A stretch of DNA of 44,192 nucleotides. It comes from Vulcanimicrobiota bacterium. Lineage in GTDB: Bacteria; Vulcanimicrobiota; Vulcanimicrobiia; Vulcanimicrobiales; Vulcanimicrobiaceae. The notes under the pieces are model-generated. The model saw nothing but the letters and a program-made list of their open reading frames with translations. It had not been told where the DNA came from and made no database searches. Positions 18,694 through 28,532 of this stretch are shown in pieces. A program made the translations under genes and the position numbers. Every line of letters starts with the position of its first letter. The stretch's first letter is position 1. Location: the NCBI GenBank assembly GCA_003135555.1, contig PLCF01000022.1:1-44192 (forward strand). The letters run 5' to 3'.

Positions 18694-18729
18694 TCGATGG
18701 CGCAGATTTCTACCGAGACCGCGCGATAG

Positions 18730-20133
18730 ATGGCCCAGATCTACATTGAGACGCACGGTTGTCAGATGAACGAGGCGGACTCGCAGGACATCCAGCGGCG
18801 CGCGCTCTCGGCAGGCTTCACGTTGGCGGAACGCCCCGAAGACGCGGCGGTGCTGGTCCTCAACACGTGCACGGTACGCGACAATGCCGAGCAACGTGCC
18901 TACGGCCGTATCGGCCATTGGAAGGCCGTCAAGAATGCCGACCCCACGGTGAAGGTGATCGTAACGGGGTGCTTGGCGGAACAGGACAAGGGCCGTATGC
19001 GCGCGCTGGCGCCGCATGTCGACGGCATCTTCGGAACGCGCGAGCTCGGTGCGCTCGGCGATGCGCTCGCAGCATGGCGGGCTGAGTATCCCGACGACGA
19101 CTTTACGGTGGACCGCGAGATCGAGACCGTCATGGGCGGTGCCGGCGAGGGGATCGCCGGACCCTACGACGGGCTGCGCGCGTTCGTGACCGTGCAGCGC
19201 GGCTGTTCCTACTACTGCACGTTCTGCATCGTGCCGCACGTGCGCGGCCGCTTCGACCATCGCCCGATGCGGGAGATTCTCGACGAGGTGCGGCTCAAGA
19301 CCGCCGGCGGGGCGCGCGAGATCACGCTGGTCGGTCAGACGGTCAATGCCTACAAAGAGCCGGCTACCGGCGCCGATTTTGCCGACCTCATTGCGGAGGT
19401 TTGCGCGATCGAGGCCGTCGAGCGTGTCGCTTTCGTGAGCTCGCATCCCAAGGACCTCAACGAGAAGCTGGCGCGGGTCTGCGCGACGCTCCCCAAGATG
19501 AACCCGCGCTTCCACCTCGCGCTGCAGTCGGGCTCCAACCCCATGCTGCGCAAGATGAACCGCAAGTACACGCTCGAGGAATTCCTCGACCGCGTCGGGA
19601 CCTTCAAAGCGCACAACCCGGCGTGGGCGATCACGACCGACCTCATCGTGGGATTCCCCGGCGAGACCGAAGCGGACTTCCAGCGGACCGTCGACGTCTG
19701 CGTGACCGGGATCTTCGCGCAAGCGTACATGTTCGTCTACTCGCCGCGGCGCGGTACGCCGGCGGCGGTCTGGCATGCGGCGGGGGCGGTTCCGCGCGCG
19801 ATCGCGCAGGAGCGTTTCGTGCGCCTCAAGGCGGTGCAGGACCAAGCGGTGCGCGCGTATCACGACCGCAAGCTCGGCACCACGGTGCGCGCGCTCATCC
19901 ACGGCGCGTCGCGCAAAGATCGCACCAAGCTCAGCGCCAAGACGATCGACAACGTCACGGTCAACTTCCCGGCCGCCGAGCCGGCTCCCGATCTCGCCCG
20001 GCCGTGGGCCGAGGTGCGGGTCGAGGCGGCCTCGGTATGGGGCGTGCGCGGAACCTGCATCGGCCGTGCCCCGACCTTCGAGGGCGTCGCCGACCGCGTC
20101 GATGCGCCGGTAATCGACCTGCTCGCGGTCTAA
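18730..20133 (+). CDS. miaB: tRNA-2-methylthio-N6-dimethylallyladenosine synthase
   Basis: HGCQMN, NTCTVR, GCSYYCTFC radical SAM motif, TDLIVGFPGET, TRAM-like end. Confidence 0.95.
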   Translation: MAQIYIETHGCQMNEADSQDIQRRALSAGFTLAERPEDAAVLVLNTCTVRDNAEQRAYGRIGHWKAVKNADPTVKVIVTGCLAEQDKGRMRALAPHVDGIFGTRELGALGDALAAWRAEYPDDDFTVDREIETVMGGAGEGIAGPYDGLRAFVTVQRGCSYYCTFCIVPHVRGRFDHRPMREILDEVRLKTAGGAREITLVGQTVNAYKEPATGADFADLIAEVCAIEAVERVAFVSSHPKDLNEKLARVCATLPKMNPRFHLALQSGSNPMLRKMNRKYTLEEFLDRVGTFKAHNPAWAITTDLIVGFPGETEADFQRTVDVCVTGIFAQAYMFVYSPRRGTPAAVWHAAGAVPRAIAQERFVRLKAVQDQAVRAYHDRKLGTTVRALIHGASRKDRTKLSAKTIDNVTVNFPAAEPAPDLARPWAEVRVEAASVWGVRGTCIGRAPTFEGVADRVDAPVIDLLAV

Positions 20134-20137
20134 AGGC

Positions 20138-21097
20138 ATGGCTCCCACGAAACAGTCCGACCCGGACTGGCGTGAACGACAGCAGGGCTTGCGCGCCTGG
20201 CTTGCGAGCTGCGCGACGGAGCGCGCGCTCTTGGAGCAAGGGATGCGTGAGCGCCAGCAGCACGCAGCGCGCTCGCTGTGGGGTTGGCTCCCGCTCGCGA
20301 TCTTGATTTTTTGGGCGACCTACATTTTGACCAAGTACATCTCGTTCTCCGGCGACGGGCTGGTGATGCCGGAGTACGATGTCGCGGTCGTGGGGTCGGC
20401 GAGCGATCCGGTCGTGGCGGATATCGGCGGCAAGGCGAACGCCATGACGATACGGCTGCTCATCCCGCAAGGGGTCCGCTCGTTGAGCATCGGGAGCGTG
20501 GCGCCGGGGGACGCCTGCACGCAGTCCGACGGCGACGCCGCGGTGCCGCTCCAAGGCGGCATCTGGTACGACGACACACCGTTCACCGACCCGGCCGACG
20601 GACAAACCGTGACCGGCCGCCGGGTGCAGATCGATCCGGCGAAGCAGCTTCGGTACCAGCCGGTACCGCTCTACGGGCGGACGGTGCAAGTCGCCGAGCT
20701 CACCTGCCGGACCGTGTGGCAACCGCAACGGACGTCGTTTGCGACCTACCGGATGCGTGTCAACAACGAGGATCCCGGTCCGGTTCGCGGCGCGCCGCAC
20801 CACGCCGAGCCGCGGCTTGCGTTTAGCGCGGCCGCGCCGTACCTCGACGACGTTCGACTCATGACGCTCGCGGGGAAGCCGAGCAGCAGCAACGACGAGC
20901 GCAACGTCGTCCCGAGCGATTTCGTCACGGTGAGCTGGAAACCGCTGGACGAGGCGCAGTTTCGCGACGTCATGCTGATCGTCATCGGTGCGCTGATCGG
21001 GTTCGGCGCCGCGATCGTGATCGAAGCCGTGCGCGCCCAGATTCAAATCGCGATCGACGGCAGCCGCCGGTCCGCGCAAACGAAGGATGCGCAGTGA
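20138..21097 (+). CDS. Hypothetical membrane protein (two TM helices bracketing a soluble domain)
   Basis: Long ORF with N- and C-terminal hydrophobic helices; no recognised motif. Confidence 0.6.
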   Translation: MAPTKQSDPDWRERQQGLRAWLASCATERALLEQGMRERQQHAARSLWGWLPLAILIFWATYILTKYISFSGDGLVMPEYDVAVVGSASDPVVADIGGKANAMTIRLLIPQGVRSLSIGSVAPGDACTQSDGDAAVPLQGGIWYDDTPFTDPADGQTVTGRRVQIDPAKQLRYQPVPLYGRTVQVAELTCRTVWQPQRTSFATYRMRVNNEDPGPVRGAPHHAEPRLAFSAAAPYLDDVRLMTLAGKPSSSNDERNVVPSDFVTVSWKPLDEAQFRDVMLIVIGALIGFGAAIVIEAVRAQIQIAIDGSRRSAQTKDAQ

Positions 21098-21971
21098 GAT
21101 GGCGATAGCGCTTCGGATGGGCCGCTCGATGCGCATCGCGCGGCGGATCTACGTTCGCGCGTTCTGGGTCATGCTCGCCGTCTACGTCGCGGCGATGGCG
21201 TTGCCCAGCGCGCTCGACTACTTCGGATTCGTCAACGCGTTGAGCACGTTCTCCGACGAGCGCGACTACGGAGCATCCTTGTCCGGCGCGCTGTCGAGCG
21301 CGTTGAACCGGGTGGATCCCAGCGGCCCCGACTACCTGATCTGGGCGTTCGGCGGGATGCTCAGCGCGTTGATCTACCCGTTCGCGGTCGCAGCTACGAT
21401 TTTGTTCTTGAAAAGCGTGATCGTGAACGATAGGGCCCGGTTCCGCGACTGCTTGGTCCCGGTCTTGCGCAACTGGCTGACGTACGCGCAGTTCGGGCTG
21501 GTCTGGTTCATGGGGTTCACGCTGGGCCGCAACGCCCTGTTCGCGATTCTGGACCACCTGCCGCAGGGCTCAGCGGTCGACGGCGTCCTGATGGTGCTGT
21601 TCCTCATCGCCGCGGCGTTTCTCTACGGACTGCAATACGTCGGCTACGTCGCAGCGCTCGTCGCGATCACGATCGACGACTTGGATCCCGTTCGAGCGAC
21701 CGTCGCCGGCATCTGGCTGGCTTTCCGTTACGCTGCGGGGGTGTTTTCGATCGCCTGGCGCAGCGCGGTCTTCTTCGTCGCCGTCGTGCTGGCGGTCGGC
21801 GTGCTCGACGGCCTGACCAGAGCGACGAGCTTGGCGGTGGCGCTGGGCATCCTTGGCACGCTGCTGTTCTCGTCGTATCTCACGCTCGGCATCGCGCTGT
21901 TCTTTTTCGACAAGCTCCAGCGCGAAGGATACACCCACGCCCCCGCCTGGCTGCGCATATCGGGAACCTAG
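21087..21971 (+). CDS. Hypothetical polytopic membrane protein
   Basis: About 6 hydrophobic segments; overlaps the upstream ORF. Confidence 0.65.
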   Translation: MRSEMAIALRMGRSMRIARRIYVRAFWVMLAVYVAAMALPSALDYFGFVNALSTFSDERDYGASLSGALSSALNRVDPSGPDYLIWAFGGMLSALIYPFAVAATILFLKSVIVNDRARFRDCLVPVLRNWLTYAQFGLVWFMGFTLGRNALFAILDHLPQGSAVDGVLMVLFLIAAAFLYGLQYVGYVAALVAITIDDLDPVRATVAGIWLAFRYAAGVFSIAWRSAVFFVAVVLAVGVLDGLTRATSLAVALGILGTLLFSSYLTLGIALFFFDKLQREGYTHAPAWLRISGT

Positions 21972-21981
21972 CGCTGGGCTT

Positions 21982-22923
21982 TCAGTCGATGCCGGTGACC
22001 GATTGCACGTGGCCGCGGTAGATGCTGATCGTATGGTTTTCGGCGACGGTGTGCTCGAACTTGTCCGGAACGGCCGGCATCCAGCCCCGGAACGTGTCGG
22101 GTGGTGGGCTCGTCACTGGTTTGTAAGCGGTGGCAAGGGAGTCTTTGTAGAGCGCGAGCAACCCCGCGATCCCGACGCCGAATTGCGCGACCGACTGGGC
22201 CGGCGGCGGATACTGGTGCTGGATGCCGTCGAGGTTTGCCCACGCCATCGGCACGATGTCGAGCGTGTTCACGAGCGCATAGTTGTCCGGGAACGCTGCT
22301 TCGAACAGCGTTGCGAACTGCTGGTTGCCCGTCGTCGGCGCCGCAAACGTCAGCGGCGTGATGGTGACGTGCTTGTGGCCGCCGATTTGCACCAGCTGGT
22401 AGTAGAGCCATTGCGAGGCGAGCTGCGCGAGCGCGCCTCCCAGGCTGTGGCCGGCTACGAGGAGCGGCAGCGGTCCTCCGGTGGCGGCGATCCGGGCGCG
22501 CAGAAAGTCGAGCAGGTGTAGGTTCGTCGTCGGATCGGTGAGCATCATGACGTATGCGAGCGCCTGATTCATCCCGGCCGATACCTTCACGTCATTGGCC
22601 TGCGGATAGAGCCACGGGACCTGGCGGAAGGTGTCGCCGTCGAGAGCCCAGTTGTCGAGGAACTCGTGCGCCGCCAGCTCGCCGAGGCTTCCGCGGAAGG
22701 CCAGCGCGTACGTGGTCGCATCGCTCGCGAGCGCTACATAGGCTAGGATGCCTTCGACTTCACCAGGCCCCCAGACGAGTTTCCACGGGCCGTTCGCCGC
22801 AGCCGGGATATTCGTCAGCCCAGCCTCGATGTCGCGCACGCGATTTGCAGTCTGAACCTCGTCAGTATACGTAATCGCCGCGAGTTCGACCGCGGCACGT
22901 TTTTGACCGGAAGTCACAGCCAT
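21982..22923 (-). CDS. Lipase class 3 family alpha/beta hydrolase
   Basis: LAFRGS, AGHSLGG, TFAAP, DIVP; RBS AAGGAG before ATG 22923. Confidence 0.88.
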   Translation of the reverse strand: MAVTSGQKRAAVELAAITYTDEVQTANRVRDIEAGLTNIPAAANGPWKLVWGPGEVEGILAYVALASDATTYALAFRGSLGELAAHEFLDNWALDGDTFRQVPWLYPQANDVKVSAGMNQALAYVMMLTDPTTNLHLLDFLRARIAATGGPLPLLVAGHSLGGALAQLASQWLYYQLVQIGGHKHVTITPLTFAAPTTGNQQFATLFEAAFPDNYALVNTLDIVPMAWANLDGIQHQYPPPAQSVAQFGVGIAGLLALYKDSLATAYKPVTSPPPDTFRGWMPAVPDKFEHTVAENHTISIYRGHVQSVTGID

Positions 22924-23030
22924 CGTCCACACTCCTTGACCGATAGGGGTGGGACGGGTTCGGCCGTTCGAGTCGATAACCTGCACGAACGAGCAGCAGC
23001 GCATGCCCCGCCCTCAGCCGCAGCGTTTGC

Positions 23031-23714
23031 TCACACGTCGTTGCGAATCAGCAGCGTGCCGACCGCGAAGTACCAGATCGACTGCAGGAGGACGATCGCG
23101 CCGAGGTTGTGCGGGTTGAGGTTCCCTGAGAAGACGAGTAGAACCAGCGACAGGGGCCCCGACGCGAAGCCGATCGCGCCGGCCACGCGTAGCGTGCCGC
23201 GCGAACGAACGAGATCGACCGCCCACAGCGTCAGGGCGAGCGACGTGGCTCCGAGACCGAGTTTCGTCAGGATCTGGATCGCGGCGCTGCAGGCCGCGAG
23301 AACGTGCAGCGTCATGTCGACGCTTTGCGGAGTCGCGCCGACATACCGTGCGGCAAGCGTGGGGACCAGAAAACCGTCGATGAGCGCCGCGCCGATCAGC
23401 GCAGCGGCCGCCACGGCATAGACGATCAGGCCCGCGAGAACGGTTTCGCGACCGAGGCCGCGCCGCAGTGAGAAGGCCGTGAGCCCAAACAGCAGCGCAG
23501 CGACCATGGCGATGAGCAACCCGTGGACGGTCTCGTCGGCGACGCTCAGCGCCGCGACTTGCGACAACACGTGGGCCGGACCTCGTGCCGTCGTAATCGT
23601 CGGGTGGTGCGCGATGGCAGCGATCGTCAGCGCGGCCGAGACCACGATCGCGATCCCGGCGACCCTGCCGCGCTGCGGGCGGTCGGCGACGGCGGACGAA
23701 CTCTGCTCGAGCAC
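23031..23714 (-). CDS. Polytopic membrane protein, likely target of the adjacent TetR
   Basis: AGGAGG before GTG 23714; about 6 TM helices; HHP motif. Confidence 0.7.
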   Translation of the reverse strand: MLEQSSSAVADRPQRGRVAGIAIVVSAALTIAAIAHHPTITTARGPAHVLSQVAALSVADETVHGLLIAMVAALLFGLTAFSLRRGLGRETVLAGLIVYAVAAAALIGAALIDGFLVPTLAARYVGATPQSVDMTLHVLAACSAAIQILTKLGLGATSLALTLWAVDLVRSRGTLRVAGAIGFASGPLSLVLLVFSGNLNPHNLGAIVLLQSIWYFAVGTLLIRNDV

Positions 23715-23800
23715 GCGAAACCTCCTCGCTTTCAAAAAGCATCTCAACGATACCAGGTCGAATCACCGATTCGATGGCTCTTCGTACTGCGATGTCAGTT

Positions 23801-23828
23801 TCCGGACATCGGTCGCCGGATGTCCGGA
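23801..23828. promoter_or_regulatory. Probable TetR operator
   Basis: TCCGGACATC-8 nt-GATGTCCGGA, a perfect 10-bp inverted repeat between divergent genes. Confidence 0.65.
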
Positions 23829-23842
23829 TTGGAAAATCGGTC

Positions 23843-24430
23843 GTGAAGAGCCCGGTGAAATCCGACCGTCGGGTCGACCGGACCCGGCAGCAGCTCATGT
23901 CGGCGTTTCGCGAGCTGCTGCTCGAGCGTGGTTACGCGCGGCTCTCGGTGCGCGGGATCATCGAGCGTGCGAATATCGGCCGCTCGACGTTCTACGAGCA
24001 CTTTCCGAACAAGGAGCAGCTCCTCTACGAGTCGCTCGCGTTCGTGTTGTCGCCGCTCGGTGATGCGGTACTCGCTGACCAATCCGAAGACCGCCTCAGG
24101 CTCGTCACGGCGCACATCTGGGACACCCGCAAGCTGACCGGCATCATCCTGCTCGGCTCATCGCGCGCCGTCGTGCTCCGGTTCTTGGCCGACCTGATCG
24201 AAGAGCGGATGCTTGCGCTCTGTGCCGCCACGCGGACGGCGCAGCCGGTGATCCCGACGCCGCTCATCGCCGCGTATCTCGCCGAAGCGCAACTCAGCCT
24301 CATCGGGGCTTGGCTCAGCGGACCCGCGGAGTGCACGCCGGACGCGCTCGCGCACGCGCTCGCGGTCGGCACGAGCTCGGCCGCGAAGGCGCTGCTTTCG
24401 GCGCCGGCCGGTTTCAGTGCGGCGCGTTGA
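23843..24430 (+). CDS. TetR/AcrR family regulator
   Basis: DRRVDRTRQQL...ERANIGRSTFYEHFPNKE helix-turn-helix. Confidence 0.92.
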   Translation: MKSPVKSDRRVDRTRQQLMSAFRELLLERGYARLSVRGIIERANIGRSTFYEHFPNKEQLLYESLAFVLSPLGDAVLADQSEDRLRLVTAHIWDTRKLTGIILLGSSRAVVLRFLADLIEERMLALCAATRTAQPVIPTPLIAAYLAEAQLSLIGAWLSGPAECTPDALAHALAVGTSSAAKALLSAPAGFSAAR

Positions 24431-24977
24431 TCGTGACGGGGACGTTGAAGCGGCTGTAGTTGATGACGGTCGGGCCTTGCGAGCCCGTGACGGTCATGCG
24501 GTGCGGGAGGCCGTCGGCCTGGCCGACGTCGAGGACGTCGTGCGTGGTGATGCCGTGCGACGTATCGTCGAACCCGTACGCGTGCACCGCCACGCCGTCG
24601 ACCGATGATGGGCCGAGGTCCTTGATCTGATGCGTCGCGGCAAACTTCGACGCTTGCGCAGGCGTGCGCAGGTAACCCATCATGGCGGTGAGCCCAGGCA
24701 TCCGCAGGCTCATGTAATGGCCGCCGGCATTCACGTACATCATGGTGCCGATGATGTAGCTCGTTCCCATCGCGGCAGGCGTCGTCACTTTGTAGCGATC
24801 GGGTGCGGCGCAATCGACCTGGCTGACGACGCCCCGCGACGTCATCGTTGCGTGGAAGTACTTGAGCTGGGCAAACTTCTCGCCCGCACGCCGCACGTCG
24901 CCGGCCGGATCGGCGCGCGCCACCAGCGGTGCAACCGCGAGCACGAGCGTCGCGGCGAGGGTAAACAGCCGGTTCAT
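24414..24977 (-). CDS. Exported protein, LolA/LppX-like beta fold suspected
   Basis: Signal peptide ending ARA-DP; C-terminal YSRFNVPVTINAP. Confidence 0.6.
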   Translation of the reverse strand: MNRLFTLAATLVLAVAPLVARADPAGDVRRAGEKFAQLKYFHATMTSRGVVSQVDCAAPDRYKVTTPAAMGTSYIIGTMMYVNAGGHYMSLRMPGLTAMMGYLRTPAQASKFAATHQIKDLGPSSVDGVAVHAYGFDDTSHGITTHDVLDVGQADGLPHRMTVTGSQGPTVINYSRFNVPVTINAPH

Positions 24978-25011
24978 CTGGTGACGGTCGGTCACGCGGC
25001 GGCCGATTCCT

Positions 25012-26181
25012 TCACGCCATTCCGGGGCGAGCGGCGTCCGGTTCGTCGTCCGCGACGCGCAGGACGAGCTCGCGCCAACGAACGGTTGCGCCGCGCAGTC
25101 CGAGTGCCCAGACGGCCACGCCGAGGATGTCGCGCAACGGAATGAGCCATCGCGCGGGGCGGCTCGGCGAGCCCAGCGCAGTGTGTGCGACCTCGTGGAC
25201 TGCGAGCCGGAGCAAGCCGGCCAGTGCGGCGACGGCCAGCGCGAGGCGTTTGTTGCGCGCCAGCACGAGGTGGCCGAGCGCTAACGGGAGCGGATAGGTC
25301 AGCACGATCCCGAGATAGTTCAGCGGCCGAATGCCGCGAATCGTGCGCGCCCAACGAACCTCGTGCTCGACGAGCGCGCGCAGATCGCGCTCCGCGACGA
25401 CGTTCACAACGACGCACGGTGCCACGACGACCAGATACCCGGCTTCCGTAACCAGCCGGCCCAGTGCGTAGTCGTCGGCCAGGTGGCGCCCGAGCGCCTC
25501 GATCCCTCCGATCGCCGCCAGAACGTCGCGCCGAACCGCCATCGTCGCGCCGAAGGTGTATCGCACCGGTTCGATGGCGTTTGCGACGAGCGCCGACGGG
25601 GTGAACTGTTCGGTGAGACACATCGAACCGAGCGCCGACGCGAGCCCTTCGTCAGCAGGCTCGCCGCGATACAGCGCCGTGACGGCGCCGACGCGCGGAT
25701 CGCTGAACGGCGCGCTGATCGCGTCGAGATAGTCGGGCGTGACCCGCATGTCGCCGTCGGAGATCGCCAGAATCTCGCCGCGCGCGTGCGCGAGCATCGG
25801 CGCGACGTTGGCCATCTTCGGGTTGCGGAGTCGAGCGACGCCGTCGCCGACGACCACGGTGGTGCGTTCCGGCGCCGCCGCTGCGACACTCCGGATCGCG
25901 TCCAGGCCGGGATCGTCCTTGCCCAGCACGCCGAACACGACGTCGTATTCCGGGTAGTCCTGGGCACAGAACGAGGCCAGGTTTTCTTCGAGGTCCGGTT
26001 CGCGGCCGCAGACGGGTTTGAGCACGGTGACGTGAGGCCGCCGCGCGTGTGCGGGACGCGCTTCGCGCAGCCGGCGTCCGAACGCACGCACGCGTGCGAT
26101 CGCGAAGACGGCGTAGGCGATACCGACGAGCGTCGCGCCGAGCGCGGCGGTCGCGGCGACACCGCGCAGGTCAGCGCGCAT
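25012..26181 (-). CDS. hpnI: Hopanoid-associated glycosyltransferase HpnI (ceramide glucosyltransferase-like)
   Basis: VTVLKPVCG, QDYP, NPKMAN, SDGD, LADDY and RWARTIR motifs. Confidence 0.88.
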   Translation of the reverse strand: MRADLRGVAATAALGATLVGIAYAVFAIARVRAFGRRLREARPAHARRPHVTVLKPVCGREPDLEENLASFCAQDYPEYDVVFGVLGKDDPGLDAIRSVAAAAPERTTVVVGDGVARLRNPKMANVAPMLAHARGEILAISDGDMRVTPDYLDAISAPFSDPRVGAVTALYRGEPADEGLASALGSMCLTEQFTPSALVANAIEPVRYTFGATMAVRRDVLAAIGGIEALGRHLADDYALGRLVTEAGYLVVVAPCVVVNVVAERDLRALVEHEVRWARTIRGIRPLNYLGIVLTYPLPLALGHLVLARNKRLALAVAALAGLLRLAVHEVAHTALGSPSRPARWLIPLRDILGVAVWALGLRGATVRWRELVLRVADDEPDAARPGMA

Positions 26182-27148
26182 CGACGAGATCGTGGAAGGC
26201 GACGCACTCCGCGCCGCTGGCGCGCACCGCGTCGGCGACCCGCGGGCTGACCAGCGCGGCGAACTCGTCTTCCAGACGGTAGGCGCCGAGATCGGCTGCG
26301 ATCCCGGGCCAGCGACCGGTCGCGGCGTGGAAGTACATCTCGGTCGTACCGGGCGGCAGCTGCGCGAGAAAACCGAGCACGCGCTCTTGCGTCATGCGTC
26401 CGGTGTCGTTGAAGCCGAAGACGTGGTCGTTGTGCGCGACGCCGCCGGCACGCATCCGCGCCTTCATCAGCTGCAGAAACGGCGCCAGAAACACGGCGTG
26501 AGCCAGGCGGCCGCGATAATTCTCGCGCGTCGCGCGCCAGGACGGACCGAACGGTTCGTCGGGTATGCGCATCGGCGGCCGGCCGTAGTCGCGCGCGACC
26601 TTCAAGATCAGTCCGAGCACCGTCGGATGGAGATGGTAGTGGCACTGGGCGTTGACGTGGTCGAACGGCAGCCCCGTCGCGCGGAACGCCTCGAACTGCG
26701 CGCGAATCTCCGCTTCAAGCTGTGCCCGCACGCGGCGGCGGAAGAAGTAGCTCACGCCGGCGCGCGCCAGCGCGCTCGAGAGCAGACCGTCGGGTCCGAC
26801 GAGGTCGGGGATGCGTTCGGGCGGCAGCAACGGTCGTCCGGCGACGACGACGACGTGCAGGCCGACCGCCAGCGTCGGGTTGGCGTGCGCTCGCGCCAGC
26901 GCGTCGCCGGCGGCCGCTTCGGCGACCATGAGGCTCGCCGCGGTGACGATGCCCTCGCGATGGCCGCGCTCGATCGCCTCATTGATCGGGATCGAGAGTC
27001 CGAAGTCGTCGACCGTGACGATCAGGCGGCGTCGCACGCGCGTTGCCTCCTCGGCGACCGACCGAAAGCCCTTCTTCGCGATGAGCGGTAGCTCAAGGCG
27101 CCAGGATGGCGGCGATTCGTCGATTACGGGCGACGTGCGATTTGACAT
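26171..27148 (-). CDS. hpnK: Hopanoid-associated deacetylase HpnK (ChbG/YdjC family)
   Basis: IVTVDDFG, GIVTAASLMV, VGLH, DHVNAQCHYHLHP, EMYFH; adjacent to hpnI. Confidence 0.88.
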   Translation of the reverse strand: MSNRTSPVIDESPPSWRLELPLIAKKGFRSVAEEATRVRRRLIVTVDDFGLSIPINEAIERGHREGIVTAASLMVAEAAAGDALARAHANPTLAVGLHVVVVAGRPLLPPERIPDLVGPDGLLSSALARAGVSYFFRRRVRAQLEAEIRAQFEAFRATGLPFDHVNAQCHYHLHPTVLGLILKVARDYGRPPMRIPDEPFGPSWRATRENYRGRLAHAVFLAPFLQLMKARMRAGGVAHNDHVFGFNDTGRMTQERVLGFLAQLPPGTTEMYFHAATGRWPGIAADLGAYRLEDEFAALVSPRVADAVRASGAECVAFHDLVDAR

Positions 27149-27220
27149 GAGGCCCGGGCCGGAGCAGTCGCGGAGCACAGCGCAGCGCGGCGCGTGGCTC
27201 GTTGGAACCGCCCGTGAAGT

Positions 27221-28532
27221 CTAGTGAGCGTCGGTGTCCGGAGATGCCATGACGCTGGCACAGCGACGTGGGACGATGCGGACGTGGCATCACGCTTCGA
27301 TGGCCAGCTCCGGTGGTTGCACAAAGTCCGCCTCTATCCGACCTGCGCGCAAGAACGCGCGCTGGTCGCGATGCTCCGCGCCACCCGCGAGCTCTATAAC
27401 GCGCTGCTTATGCAGCGCCGCGACGCATGGACGACGCGCCGCGTTTCGGTGCCTAGCCGGGACCAGTACGCGCAGCTGACCGAGTTGCGCGAAGCGGAGC
27501 CGCGTTTCGCGTGCGTCTATCGCGAGTGCGAGGATGCGGTGCTGCATCGTTTGGACCTGGGGTTTGCAGCGTTCTTCCGGCGGCTTAAGCGTGGTGAGAC
27601 ACCGGGCTATCCGCGCTTCAAACGCGCGGCTCGCTGGAATCAGCTGGAATTCTCGCACGGTAACCGCGCGCTCAAGTTCGATACGCTGCAAGGGCGTGTG
27701 CGGATACCGGGCGCCGGAGCGGTGCGCTTGCGCAAGGGCCGAACGGTACCGGAGTTCGGGCGGGCCTTTCTGGTGACCAAGAACGGCCGCTGGTACGCAG
27801 TCTTCGAGGCGCATCGCGCGCCTTCACCTTTGCCGACGACCGGTTGCAGAGTCGGGATCGACCGCGGTATCCGGGTGCTTGCCGCACTCTCCGACGGCAC
27901 GACCATTGAGAACCTGCGGTCCGGTTCGCGCCGCCGCGCCGTGGTCGAACGTCACCAGCGCTCGCTCGACACAGCGACGCGCAAAGACGCCGCGGGCCAC
28001 GTGCTCAACCGGCGCGATCCTGTGCGAGTGGCGGCGAGCCGGAGGCTGTCGCGTGCCAAAGAGCGCGAGGCTAATGCCAGGCGCGACTGGCTGCACAAGG
28101 CCAGCGGTGAGATCGTAGGGCGCTACGATCGAATCGCGCTTGAGGCGCTGAACCTGCGCGGGATGGCCCGTAGTGCTAGAGGTACGACCGAGAAACCCGG
28201 GACGAACGTCGCGCAAAAGGCGGGGTTGAACCGCTCGATCCTTGACGCGGGGTTTGGGATGCTGGCGAGCTTGATCCGCGAGAAAGCAGCGTACGCTGCT
28301 CGCATGGTGATCGAGGTCAATGCCAGGTATACTTCGCAGACCTGTGCCGCGTGCGGGCGCGTTTGCAAGGAAAGTCGGAAGGGACCTCGCTTTGTGTGCG
28401 TGCGCTGCGGCCATGCGGCCGACGCGGATGTGAATGCGGCTCAGGTCATCCTCCTGCGGGCGGAGTCGCCGCCCAAGAGAGCACCGGGCACCGCTCGGGG
28501 CAGGCAGCACGGAGCGGCCTGACCATGCTCAC
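27221..28532 (+). mobile_element. IS200/IS605-family element carrying only tnpB (IS1341-like); ends approximate
   Basis: Left hairpin AGCGTC-GGTGTC-CGGA-GATGCC-AT-GACGCT (27227-27256); structured 3' end finishing in TCAC (28529-28532); no tnpA in the window. Confidence 0.65.
27284..28522 (+). CDS. tnpB: RNA-guided endonuclease TnpB
   Basis: KVRLYPT HTH, RELYNALL, GYPRFK, RuvC D/E/D (GIDRG, IALEAL, DADVNAA), CAAC..CVRC zinc finger; start GTG 27284 or 27224. Confidence 0.93.
   Translation: MASRFDGQLRWLHKVRLYPTCAQERALVAMLRATRELYNALLMQRRDAWTTRRVSVPSRDQYAQLTELREAEPRFACVYRECEDAVLHRLDLGFAAFFRRLKRGETPGYPRFKRAARWNQLEFSHGNRALKFDTLQGRVRIPGAGAVRLRKGRTVPEFGRAFLVTKNGRWYAVFEAHRAPSPLPTTGCRVGIDRGIRVLAALSDGTTIENLRSGSRRRAVVERHQRSLDTATRKDAAGHVLNRRDPVRVAASRRLSRAKEREANARRDWLHKASGEIVGRYDRIALEALNLRGMARSARGTTEKPGTNVAQKAGLNRSILDAGFGMLASLIREKAAYAARMVIEVNARYTSQTCAACGRVCKESRKGPRFVCVRCGHAADADVNAAQVILLRAESPPKRAPGTARGRQHGAA

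Noticed and set aside
17449..20148. 899-aa minus-strand ORF, and similar long shadow ORFs (2951-4564, 16392-17960, 28550-30100, 42808-44037)
   Set aside because: Antisense to well-supported genes, Arg/Gly-rich and motif-free; expected in high-GC DNA
27284..28522. TnpB as a nuclease-dead TldR-type regulator
   Set aside because: All three RuvC acidic residues are present
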